64,000 nt of DNA. It comes from an uncultured Candidatus Saccharibacteria bacterium (GTDB lineage: Bacteria > Patescibacteriota > Saccharimonadia > Saccharimonadales > Saccharimonadaceae). The stretch covers positions 11,598-75,597 of the forward strand of contig CALEXY010000011.1 in NCBI GenBank assembly GCA_937924995.1. The letters are read 5' to 3'. Positions 50,537-59,841 of the stretch are shown piece by piece; the first letter of the stretch is position 1; every line of letters begins with the position of its first letter. Made by a program: the position numbers and the translations under genes. The notes below the pieces were generated by a model. It made no database searches. It saw nothing but the letters and a program-made list of their open reading frames with translations, and was not told the origin of the DNA.

Positions 50537-51868
50537 ATGAAAATTGCAGTTTTAGGTAAAGGGGTGGAAGGTAACGCCGTCGCCGAATATTTTAAGCAAG
50601 ATGAAATTACTTTTTTCGAAAAATTCACCGATGAAGATCTAGATTCTTTTGGTTTAGAAAATTTTGATCTGGTTTTTCGTAGCCCTTCTGTTCACCCATA
50701 CTACATCGCTAAGCAAAAAGCGCCTCTCCTAGTCGATAATTGGACCACCATGACTAATTATTTCTTTAGTCACGTCAAAGCCCCAATTATCGGCGTCACC
50801 GGTACTAAAGGTAAGGGGACTACTTGCTCCATTATTGCGTCAATCTTGCGTGAATTCTCCGAAAAATTCGAGCATGTCCATCTGGTTGGCAATATTGGCA
50901 ACCCCGCCATTCTTGAACTCGATCAAATCACCGAAAAAGATATCGTGGTTTACGAAATGAGTAGCTTCCAATGTTGGGATCTCGAAAAATCTCCTCACAT
51001 CTCTGTAGTGTTGCGTATTGAGCCTGATCATCTCGACCGTCATCCAGATTTTGATGACTACGTCGACGCCAAATCTCATATCGTTTTGAATCAGACCACT
51101 GAAGATTCCTGTATTTACTACGCCAATAACCTATACTCTGAAACCATCGGTGAACTTAGTAAGGGCCAAAAGTTCTCTTACCCAATCAAATCCCATCTCG
51201 AAGAATTAAACACACTACTTGATCAGTTACAAATTCCTGGCGAACACAATCGCGAAAATGCCGAAGCTGCCATTTTGGCCGTACTTGCTCTACTTAATGT
51301 TTCTTATGACGAGCTTTTCTTGCCGAAAAACCACGAAATCTATCAAAAAATTGCTGACGGACTCCATATATTCCAAGGTTTACCACATCGCTTGCAATTC
51401 GTCCGCGAGCTCAATCACGTACGCTATTATGACGACAATTATTCTTCCGCCTTCCCAGCCGCCGATGTCGCCATCGCTGCCTTCGAAAATTATCCTACCT
51501 TCTTGATTGCCGGAGGTTTTGACCGCGGGCTCGATCTCACCGAGATGAAGCAGCGCTTCTTTTCCGCCAAAAATCTCAAGAAAATCATTCTCATCGGCGA
51601 AACCAAAACTCGACTCGCCGCAGGTGAAGACCCAGAAAAATATTGCTTTGCCGAAACTCTTGAAGAAGCCGTCAATATCGCAAGGAAACTTGCCGAAACT
51701 CAGGCTGAGCTCGTCGCTAGTAATTACGATCTTTGTCTACCAATTTCTAAAAACTGCCCAAAAGAAGCCATCGTTTTGATGAGTCCAGGCGCCGCCAGCT
51801 TTGATATGTTTAAAAATTTTAGTGATCGCGGCGAGCAGTTCCAAGCTCTCGTGAAAGACCTAAAATAA
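50537..51868 (+). CDS. murD: UDP-MurNAc-L-Ala:glutamate ligase (MurD; probably L-Glu-adding MurD2)
   Basis: GVTGTKGKGTT, GNIG, EMSSFQ, DHLDRH, GLPHRLQ, SPGAASFDMF. Confidence 0.92.
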   Translation: MKIAVLGKGVEGNAVAEYFKQDEITFFEKFTDEDLDSFGLENFDLVFRSPSVHPYYIAKQKAPLLVDNWTTMTNYFFSHVKAPIIGVTGTKGKGTTCSIIASILREFSEKFEHVHLVGNIGNPAILELDQITEKDIVVYEMSSFQCWDLEKSPHISVVLRIEPDHLDRHPDFDDYVDAKSHIVLNQTTEDSCIYYANNLYSETIGELSKGQKFSYPIKSHLEELNTLLDQLQIPGEHNRENAEAAILAVLALLNVSYDELFLPKNHEIYQKIADGLHIFQGLPHRLQFVRELNHVRYYDDNYSSAFPAADVAIAAFENYPTFLIAGGFDRGLDLTEMKQRFFSAKNLKKIILIGETKTRLAAGEDPEKYCFAETLEEAVNIARKLAETQAELVASNYDLCLPISKNCPKEAIVLMSPGAASFDMFKNFSDRGEQFQALVKDLK

Positions 51869-51929
51869 CCATAACCATCTACCAAAATCTCTCAAACCTA
51901 AAATAACCATAACCATCTACCAAAATCTC
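51858..51929. repeat. Perfect 34-bp tandem duplication including the murD stop codon
   Basis: acctaaaataaccataaccatctaccaaaatctc at 51858 and 51896. Confidence 0.95.
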
Positions 51930-51952
51930 CCATTTTTGATAAAATTAATGTA

Positions 51953-53515
51953 ATGAACGAAAACGCTATTAGTTTTTCTAATTCAAATAATCAGCCTTCC
52001 TCTGGGAACCCAGTTTTTCGTTTTGTCAGCTATTATCTCGATCGCTCCACTCTTACCGCTAGTTTCGTCTACCAGGGAATCGATAATATTTTCTTCACTG
52101 AAAAAATTCATTTCGCCAAAAAATCCGACGCTGACAAAAAATACCGTTTCAATCCTACCACCGATCCTGCACTTGATCAGCTGCTCGACAGCGCAATGTT
52201 CCTGGCCTTTATTCTGATTGGTACCAGTTATTATAAAACTCATCCGACTCCTGCAGTCAAACTCGATGTACCCATCGATGCTTTTCAAGCACAATTTTTT
52301 AGCACAGTTTATCAAGAAGGGCTCAGCCAATACGCTTTCGAAAACCGCCTCACCCGTGCCCATTTAGCTCATTTTCAGCCGACTCCTAATTATCAAGCCA
52401 AGCCAGCTGTAAAATACAATGGTCAGGGTAACCTCGCCCTACAATCTGGCGGCAAAGACAGTCTACTGGTTGCGAAATTACTTAAAGAGAAGAATATTCC
52501 GTTTGAACCGTGGTATGTCACTAGTGACCCAAGTCTTTCACATCCTCACGTCATCGATACGCTTGGCGATTCTTTCACCCATATGAACGCCAGTATCGTT
52601 TATCGCGAGATTGATATTGCCCATCTACAAAAATCCCACGGCCTCAATGGCCACGTTCCGGTTACCTTCATCGTCGAAGCCCTCGCTCTTATCCAGGCTA
52701 TCTTGAATAACCAAAATATAGTCCTTACTAGTATTGGCCACGAAGGCGCCGAACCTCATGCTATGATTGGCGATCTCCCGGTCAATCATCAATGGTCCAA
52801 AACCTGGGATGCCGAACGTTTCTTCACCGAATATGTGCGCCGTTATCTCTCCCAAGAACTTCATGTCGGCTCAATCATCCGTCAATATACCGAATTAAAA
52901 ATTGCTGAACTTTTTGTGCAAAAATGTTGGAAAGAGTATGGCTACAGCTTCAGCTCCTGCAACGAAGCCAACTATAAGCAAAAGAACCAAAATTCTACCC
53001 TTAAATGGTGTGGCAAATGTGCCAAATGCGCCAATTCCTATCTACTTTTCTGTCCCTTTGTCCCACCTCAATATCTTCAATCCCTTTTCAATGATGAAGA
53101 TCTCTTCAAAAAACCTGAACTTTTCAATACCTTCAAAGGTCTGCTTGGCGTCGATAATACCATGAAGCCTTTTGAATGCGTCGGCGAAGTTGACGAACTT
53201 CGCACCGCTTATCATCATCGCATGGCTTCTCCGCCAATTCTCATTGAAGACCTCAAACAATTTAATCAAGAAAATAACGGCGGCCTCATCTCCGGCCTCT
53301 CTGAAGCCACCAAACGTCTCGGCCTCGGCAATCTCTTGAAAAACCCACTTTCTTCCCGTACCTCTAAAGCACTTTCAAGTAATTCCAGCTATTGGCAACC
53401 ACTCTACGCTAACCTTCCATTCCCGGTGCCTGAAAGTAATTTCAATTATAATCAAACCTACGAAAACCAACCTTTCTTCAAAGATTTTTTAAATAATTAC
53501 GGAGCCGCAAATTAG
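51953..53515 (+). CDS. murL: UDP-MurNAc-L-Ala-L-Glu epimerase (MurL-like)
   Basis: GTSYYK, SGGKDS PP-loop, NGHVP, NHQWSK, FSSCN, WCGKCAKC, KPFECVG; adjacent to murD. Confidence 0.8.
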   Translation: MNENAISFSNSNNQPSSGNPVFRFVSYYLDRSTLTASFVYQGIDNIFFTEKIHFAKKSDADKKYRFNPTTDPALDQLLDSAMFLAFILIGTSYYKTHPTPAVKLDVPIDAFQAQFFSTVYQEGLSQYAFENRLTRAHLAHFQPTPNYQAKPAVKYNGQGNLALQSGGKDSLLVAKLLKEKNIPFEPWYVTSDPSLSHPHVIDTLGDSFTHMNASIVYREIDIAHLQKSHGLNGHVPVTFIVEALALIQAILNNQNIVLTSIGHEGAEPHAMIGDLPVNHQWSKTWDAERFFTEYVRRYLSQELHVGSIIRQYTELKIAELFVQKCWKEYGYSFSSCNEANYKQKNQNSTLKWCGKCAKCANSYLLFCPFVPPQYLQSLFNDEDLFKKPELFNTFKGLLGVDNTMKPFECVGEVDELRTAYHHRMASPPILIEDLKQFNQENNGGLISGLSEATKRLGLGNLLKNPLSSRTSKALSSNSSYWQPLYANLPFPVPESNFNYNQTYENQPFFKDFLNNYGAAN

Positions 53516-53516
53516 C

Positions 53517-54113
53517 ATGAAAATTTATACTCTAAGGCACGGCGAAACCGATGCAAATAAACAAGGTGTGAGCGCTGGCTTGCTCGATACCAATCTTAAT
53601 ACCACTGGCGTCAAACAAGCCCTCAAGATCAAACGTCAACTAAAGGATGTGCATTTTGATCACTGCTACGCCTCACCTCTGATGCGAACTAGCAAAACCG
53701 CCCAAATCGTCACCGGACACCTCGACCCTAAAACCCAACACATTGACCATCAGAATCTCTGCCACATTCAATACGATCGTCGTCTTGTCGAGCGCGCTTT
53801 TGGTATTTTCGAAGGGAAGGATAGTCAAAAATTACACAGCATTAGCTGGAAAGATCGCTTCAATAGTGAAAGATTTAACATGGAAAGTATTCATTCCATG
53901 TACCTGCGCGCAGAAGATTTTATCAAAAATGAATTATTCAAAAATAACTCCGCAGATTCCACAATTTTAATCGTTTCTCACGGTGATTTTCTTCGCCTGA
54001 TTGATTTCGTTTTGCGCGGTGGCACCGCTGAACAACTTTTTTACTCATTCCTTTACGATAATATTATCGACGAACCTTACCCAAACTGCGCCATACACTA
54101 TTACGAAGTCTAA
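53517..54113 (+). CDS. Histidine phosphatase (phosphoglycerate mutase family)
   Basis: LRHGET, SPLMR, ERAFG..EG, VSHG. Confidence 0.9.
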   Translation: MKIYTLRHGETDANKQGVSAGLLDTNLNTTGVKQALKIKRQLKDVHFDHCYASPLMRTSKTAQIVTGHLDPKTQHIDHQNLCHIQYDRRLVERAFGIFEGKDSQKLHSISWKDRFNSERFNMESIHSMYLRAEDFIKNELFKNNSADSTILIVSHGDFLRLIDFVLRGGTAEQLFYSFLYDNIIDEPYPNCAIHYYEV

Positions 54114-54241
54114 CCTAAGTACTACCCCCTTAAATCTAACTTAAGCACTGCACCCTTACTTCTAGACCCCCCCAAACAAGGCATTCCATTAGCACTAATT
54201 TTATTGTGAAAAATCAATTTTCGTGCTAAAATATAACAGAT

Positions 54242-54316
54242 TGGATCGTCGCCAAGCGGTAAGGCACTGGGTTTTGGTCCCAGCATTCGCAGGTTCGAAT
54301 CCTGCCGATCCAGCCA
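54242..54316 (+). tRNA. tRNA-Gln(TTG)
   Basis: tggatcgtcgccaagcggtaaggca-ctggg-ttTTGgt-cccag...ggttcgaatcc...cgatccagcca; hairpin terminator at 54330-54351. Confidence 0.95.
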
Positions 54317-54409
54317 CAAAGATTATGCTCCCTAAATCGCAAGATTTAGGGATTTTTCTTTCATTAAATATTACCCACATCAGAATATCATTTTTACGTC
54401 CACAATAAC

Positions 54410-54955
54410 TTAAATATTCTTACAACAGACCAACGTGAAGTCAATATTATTTTCAAAATATAGACACCCATCATCTTCAAGATTAATACCGAGGTGCGTG
54501 ATAAAAAAATCTTGATTATAATTAAATCCCCCATCAATAAAGCCACCATGTTTAAGAATTTTATTCACATCATCATCCTTTTTGACATAAAAATCTTTTA
54601 TTTTCTTACCAACAATATTTGAGAATATACTAGCAACGGATACATCACCTTCTTTACACTCTGCTTCTTTCTCTATATCAAAATCCGGGTTTATATGTAC
54701 AGAAACATGAGAAGCCGAACTAAAATCAAAACCAATACGCCTCCCGTCATCCAACGTTAATAAAGTTAACATATCAATCTCTGCATCCTTATACCAGGTT
54801 TCATATTTTCCTGTTTCAGCATCGAGTCTGTCCTTTTTTATGGAACTAAAAACATAGCTAGGAGATTCGATTTTAGTAATAGTTCTCCCTTCCAATTTCA
54901 AGTTAGATAAAATCCTTTCTAATTCTGCCGGCAAATATGTATCATAGACAACCAT
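54410..54955 (-). CDS. Hypothetical AT-rich protein between two tRNA-Gln genes
   Basis: Open frame MVVYDTYLP...; TATAAT 6 nt upstream of the ATG. Confidence 0.65.
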   Translation of the reverse strand: MVVYDTYLPAELERILSNLKLEGRTITKIESPSYVFSSIKKDRLDAETGKYETWYKDAEIDMLTLLTLDDGRRIGFDFSSASHVSVHINPDFDIEKEAECKEGDVSVASIFSNIVGKKIKDFYVKKDDDVNKILKHGGFIDGGFNYNQDFFITHLGINLEDDGCLYFENNIDFTLVCCKNI

Positions 54956-55099
54956 AAAAATATTATAGTATCTTTTCGATAAAATATCCGCCACCACTAA
55001 CTATTAACATCAATTCCATAAGCAATACATTAACTATTATTTAGCTACATAAAAAAAATCCCCCTAGACTATAGAGTCTAGGGGAAAATAATTTCAAAT

Positions 55100-55174
55100 T
55101 GGCTGGAGATGAGGGATTCGAACCCCCGAATGGTGGGACCAGAACCCACTGCCTTACCACTTGGCGAATCTCCA
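55100..55174 (-). tRNA. tRNA-Gln(CTG)
   Basis: tggagattcgccaagtggtaaggca-gtggg-ttCTGgt-cccac...ggttcgaatcc...atctccagcca; hairpin terminator at 55061-55084. Confidence 0.95.
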
Positions 55175-55236
55175 ATGTGTTTTTTATTATACCACATTTC
55201 CTCATCTCCTGTCACTTTATCAGTTATAATATTTAT

Positions 55237-56325
55237 ATGAATAACCTCGAAAAACGCCTCACTCTCTTGCAAGAGGGAATTGATGATACCTGGGCTAAGC
55301 TAAGTCTTGATGAAAAATTCGCTAAACTCGCCCATCTTCAAGAAGAATCCGCCAAGCCTGAACTCTGGAACGACCTTGCTCGTGCCAAATCCGTCAATAC
55401 TGAACTCAAAAAACTCGAAAGCGAACTTAGCACCTGGCAAATTCTCAAATCTCAAGCGAACGACCTGCATGAATTAATCGAACTTTCCGCCGAAGATCTC
55501 GCTGAGGAAATCGAGGCCCAACTTATCGCCCACGAAGAAACTTACGCTGAACTCAAAAAATCTCTCCGCTTCACCGATCCACTCGATCAAAAAGATGCCA
55601 TTATTCGTATTACTGCTGGCGCCGGTGGCACCGAGGCTATGGACTGGGCGGGCATCTTGGAGCGCATGTATCTAAGGTTTTTCGAAAAACATGGTTACGA
55701 CATTGAATTAATCGAGCGTAGTACAGGGGAAGAAGCCGGTATCAAGACTGCCGTTTACGAAGTTCATGGCCCCGAAATGTATGGCCACCTCAAATCCGAA
55801 CATGGCGTGCATCGTCTAGTGCGCCTCTCACCTTTTAATGCCGACAATCTGCGCCAAACTTCATTTTCACTAGTGGAAGTTCTGCCGATTCTCGATAGCG
55901 AAGATGATCTAAAAATCGATGAAAAAGACCTCCGTATTGACACTTATCATGCCGGTGGTCATGGTGGACAATCTGTCAATACCACCAACTCCGCCATTCG
56001 CATCACCCACTTACCGACTAATACCGTCGTCGCTATTCAAAACGAGCGTTCTCAACTCCAAAATCGCGAAAAAGCCATGGAAATCCTTCGCGGCAAACTA
56101 CTTAAAATGCAGCAAGACCAGCAAGCCGAATCTATTAATCAATTACGTGCCGGTGAATCCGCCAGCTGGGGTCAACAAATTCGCAACTACGTTATGCAAC
56201 CTTATAAACTCGTCAAAGATACTCGCACCAAATACGAAGAAACCGATGTAGATTCCGTGCTTGACGGCAAAATTGACAATTTTATCGACGCCTATCTCGA
56301 GTCTCTAGTTGGTAGTAATAACTAA
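55237..56325 (+). CDS. prfB: Peptide chain release factor 2 (no programmed frameshift)
   Basis: [27 protein letters not shown]; true start MNNLEK (the longer ORF call runs through the tRNA). Confidence 0.96.
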   Translation: [362 protein letters not shown]

Positions 56326-56378
56326 ACGCTTTCTCTCCGCCTTTTCCATTTTCTTACCGTTTATGGTAATATAAGAGT

Positions 56379-57344
56379 ATGATATTGTTCGATCATGTCA
56401 CCAAGCGTTACGGTAAGGGCACCCGCGCTGTTCTCGATGATATTTCCTTGCATATTAGTGCTAATGAATTTGTTTTTTTGGTTGGTAAATCCGGTGCCGG
56501 TAAGTCTACTCTCTTGAAGATGATTACCAAGGAAGCCACTCCAGATTCCGGCAAGATTATCATCGGTGGCATCGATCTTGATTATGTGAAACGTCGCCAT
56601 ATTCCAGATTATCGTCGTCGCATCGGTGTGGTTTTTCAAGATTACAAATTATTACCGTCCCGTACAGTTTTTGAAAACGTCGCCTTCGCTCTTGAAATTG
56701 CCGGCATGTCGAATCACGAAATCGAAAATACCGTACCAAAAGTACTTGACCTTGTCGGCCTCTCCGATAAAGCTAATCGTTTTCCAGCCGACCTCTCCGG
56801 TGGGGAAAGACAGCGCGTCTCGATTGCGCGTTCTGTCGCTCGTCAACCAAAGATCCTCATTGCCGATGAGCCTACTGGCAACCTCGATGTTTTAACCTCT
56901 AAGGAAATTATTGATTTATTACAGAAAATCAACAATTACGGCACCACTATTCTAGTCACTACCCACGACGCCAATATTGTTAATCTCTTGAAAAAACGCG
57001 TCATCACTATGCGTGATGGTAAGATTATTTCCGACCAAAAAGAGCATGGTATTTATCGCCTTGACACCGATAATGACGGTATTTCCGATTTACCACAACC
57101 AGGCCACATGCGCCCAACTTCTTATCTTTATAAAACCGCCGAAGCTGAGCTTCGCCGCGAAACCGCTCCGTCTTACGAACCCAATCGCCGCGAGACCACC
57201 CCTCGACGAGAAACCGAACTTTACCACGATAGTCAACGCTCACAGCTCAGAATTCCTCACGAAAATTCCAATTCCATCACCAGCTCCAGGCCGCCCGAAT
57301 CCAACCAAACCAAACGCTCGCGCAATCACCGTTTAATTCAATAA
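56379..57344 (+). CDS. ftsE: Cell division ATP-binding protein FtsE with ~95-aa C-terminal extension
   Basis: GKSGAGKST, RRRIGVVFQDYKLL, LSGGERQRV, ADEPTGNLD; next to ftsX. Confidence 0.93.
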   Translation: MILFDHVTKRYGKGTRAVLDDISLHISANEFVFLVGKSGAGKSTLLKMITKEATPDSGKIIIGGIDLDYVKRRHIPDYRRRIGVVFQDYKLLPSRTVFENVAFALEIAGMSNHEIENTVPKVLDLVGLSDKANRFPADLSGGERQRVSIARSVARQPKILIADEPTGNLDVLTSKEIIDLLQKINNYGTTILVTTHDANIVNLLKKRVITMRDGKIISDQKEHGIYRLDTDNDGISDLPQPGHMRPTSYLYKTAEAELRRETAPSYEPNRRETTPRRETELYHDSQRSQLRIPHENSNSITSSRPPESNQTKRSRNHRLIQ

Positions 57345-57352
57345 GGAAGCCC

Positions 57353-58366
57353 ATGAAACAAAAAAATGAAACCTTAAGAAAACTCAAAACCATGCAGAAA
57401 AACAGTCGCGGACATCTCCTTCGCACTAATTTACGCATCATGAAATACGGCATCATCGGCTATGGTCGTAATATTTGGCTTTCTATCACTTCAACTTTCG
57501 TGATGACTCTCACTTTAACACTGCTTTTTGCTACCGCCACTGCTAGCTTGGTACTATCTTCTACCGCCGATAAAATGCGCGAAAAAGTCGATATTACCAT
57601 TTATTTTAAACCTAATACCGAAATTATTACGCTTGAAAAAATCAAGAAAAAATTCTCCGCCGACTCTAATATTCGTCAAATTTCCTATACTACTACCGAG
57701 GAAGAATTCAATAAATTCGTCGAGGAAACTAAGAAAAATAATGAAAATAACCTCCTTTCTACCCTTGATGACCCAGATATGAAAGAACTTATGCTTTCCT
57801 CTATGCCTTCCGCGCTTCGCATCAAAGTCTACGATACTAATAAACTTAACACCATTAAGGAAATCGTTAATACCGATTCGGAAGTTCACGAAAATCTCGA
57901 TCCAAAAAAGGAACCGACATACGACACTAATGACACCGCTATTGAAACTATTACTTCTTGGTCCAACATTGCTAAAACTGGTGGTCTCGCCATTTCTCTC
58001 ATTCTTCTAGTTATCTCTGTTCTGGTCATTTTCAACACCATCCGCATGGCTATTTACTCTCGTAGTGAAGAAATTTACATGGAGAAACTAGTTGGCGCCG
58101 ATAATCATTTCATACGTGGACCATTTCTTATCGAGGCGATTATGTCTGGCTTCTTTGCCGGTATTTTATCGACCATCATCGGATTCTTCCTATTCCGCAT
58201 CATTGCCCCAAAACTCAGTGGCTATGACATTGATGTTACCCTAGTTTCTAGTTTCGTAAATTCACCAAGTATCTTTCTGATCGGCCTAGCCCTCACCTTA
58301 CTCGGTATCTTTATTGCCTTCCTCTCGTCCTCCATTGCCGTCCGCAAATACCTAAAACGTCTCTAA
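57353..58366 (+). CDS. ftsX: Cell division permease FtsX
   Basis: RNIWLS, FNTIRMAIYSRSEEI..LVGA..FIRGPF. Confidence 0.93.
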   Translation: MKQKNETLRKLKTMQKNSRGHLLRTNLRIMKYGIIGYGRNIWLSITSTFVMTLTLTLLFATATASLVLSSTADKMREKVDITIYFKPNTEIITLEKIKKKFSADSNIRQISYTTTEEEFNKFVEETKKNNENNLLSTLDDPDMKELMLSSMPSALRIKVYDTNKLNTIKEIVNTDSEVHENLDPKKEPTYDTNDTAIETITSWSNIAKTGGLAISLILLVISVLVIFNTIRMAIYSRSEEIYMEKLVGADNHFIRGPFLIEAIMSGFFAGILSTIIGFFLFRIIAPKLSGYDIDVTLVSSFVNSPSIFLIGLALTLLGIFIAFLSSSIAVRKYLKRL

Positions 58367-58368
58367 AT

Positions 58369-58452
58369 ATTCCGCTTAGCTTAAAAAATCCACTCTCTTC
58401 ATTCCGCTCTGCTCAAAATATCAAACAGCACTATTCCGCTCTGCTCAAAATA
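58369..58452. repeat. Three 32-bp-period repeats after ftsX; the last forms a terminator
   Basis: attccgctctgctcaaaata exact at 58401 and 58433, degenerate at 58369; gctctgct..agcagagc followed by T run. Confidence 0.85.
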
Positions 58453-58644
58453 AGCAGAGCTTTTTCCTTCACCAAGTCAAAATAAGCATTGCCTTTTCAT
58501 ATTATTCTGTGCTAAAATATAGCAAAAGTATCGTAAGATGCCAAAATAACAAATTAAATTATAGTGGAGTATAGTTTAATGAGCAAAATAAAAAACAATT
58601 TTAAGATTCGAAGAAGCACAAGAAATTATCGTAAAGTCAAAACC

Positions 58645-59814
58645 ATGAAAAAAGGCCGTACTCTTATTTTTACCCTAATTTTTGCGCTCATTTTAGGCTC
58701 TATTCCATTCATTCAAAAGAACGATTCTAACGTTTCAGCAGTAGAGAATGAGGCCTATTGTACTAGCGCCGCCTGTCGTACCGCTAAAAAAGCTGAAGTC
58801 GAAGCCGCTGAAAAAGCCAACCAAGCCGCTAAAGCCGCTGTCACTCTCGAAGGCGAAGTCGAACGTATGCAACAGGAAATCATCGTTTACGAAGCACGTA
58901 TAAAGGCGAACGAAGCTGAGGCAAGTGACCTCAAAATCAAGATTGAAGACACCATCAAGAAGTTAAAACTTCAACGTGCAGCTCTTGCAAATATGCTAGT
59001 TAATATTCACCTTGAAGGTGAAACCGACGCTATTATGGTACTAGCCAGCAGTAACTCACTTTCAGATTTTGCCGAAAAGAAATCTCGCATTGACACCGCT
59101 AAAGACCAGGTGAATTCCTCAGCTCAAAATGTAAAGACCATGAAAGACGATCTCGAAAAGCAAAAGACTGAAATTGACCGCATTATTTTAGACCAACAAA
59201 TCCAGCGCAAGGCTATCGAAGATAAAAAAGCTGAGCAACAGGAATTAATTTTAAAGTATAAAGATAATGCCGCTTCCTTCGCTGCAGAAGCTGCCGCTTC
59301 CAGGGAAGAAAAGATTAAGTTAATTAATAAAGAGTATCAGGAATATCTCTCCCGCGCTTCCACTAGTGCTGGATTCGGTACCAAAGCTGACGGTTTTAAC
59401 AGTTACGGGGCATTTGTTGGCAATTACGGATATTCTTGCCCTCGTGACAATATTGCTGGCGTTCTAGACTCTTACTACATTTGCCAATGTACCAGCTACG
59501 CCGCTTACAAGGCTGTCGAATACTATGGCCGCAACATTCGTATTACCGGTTGGGGTAACGCTTATAGCTGGGCCGCTGCCGCTCGCGCCCGTGGCTACCG
59601 TGTTGACCGCGTACCTGCTGCCCACACTATCGCTCAAACCACTAGTGGTCAATTCGGTCACGTAGCCTGGGTTGAATCTGTTAATGCTGATGGCACTATT
59701 ACGGTCTCTGAATATAACAACCCATACTCGTCCAAGTCTGGTCAATGGGGTGACTTCGGCGTCCGTACTCGCGTCAGTCCAAATCAATTCACTAGCTACA
59801 TCCATTTCGACTAA
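58645..59814 (+). CDS. PcsB/CwlO-like coiled-coil + CHAP peptidoglycan hydrolase
   Basis: Signal peptide, long coiled coil, QCTSYA, WGNAYSW, FGHVAWVE, VSEYN; follows ftsEX. Confidence 0.9.
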   Translation: MKKGRTLIFTLIFALILGSIPFIQKNDSNVSAVENEAYCTSAACRTAKKAEVEAAEKANQAAKAAVTLEGEVERMQQEIIVYEARIKANEAEASDLKIKIEDTIKKLKLQRAALANMLVNIHLEGETDAIMVLASSNSLSDFAEKKSRIDTAKDQVNSSAQNVKTMKDDLEKQKTEIDRIILDQQIQRKAIEDKKAEQQELILKYKDNAASFAAEAAASREEKIKLINKEYQEYLSRASTSAGFGTKADGFNSYGAFVGNYGYSCPRDNIAGVLDSYYICQCTSYAAYKAVEYYGRNIRITGWGNAYSWAAAARARGYRVDRVPAAHTIAQTTSGQFGHVAWVESVNADGTITVSEYNNPYSSKSGQWGDFGVRTRVSPNQFTSYIHFD

Positions 59815-59841
59815 ACTCTTTCTGATCAACCAGGAACTACT

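Noticed and set aside
55099..55236. 46-aa N-terminal extension of prfB in the ORF track
   Set aside because: It is the antisense of tRNA-Gln(CTG); the real start is the ATG at 55237
58369..58452. Mini-CRISPR-like array (20-bp repeats with different spacers)
   Set aside because: Spacers are only 12 nt, there are three degenerate units and no cas genes; better explained as a local tandem duplication ending in a terminator
58520..58545. c-di-GMP-I or c-di-AMP riboswitch before the CHAP gene
   Set aside because: Only a GNRA hairpin is present; the other conserved aptamer elements are absent
58565..58612. tRNA-like fragment (ggagtatagtttaatg...gattcgaa)
   Set aside because: No anticodon arm or acceptor-stem pairing; probably chance similarity
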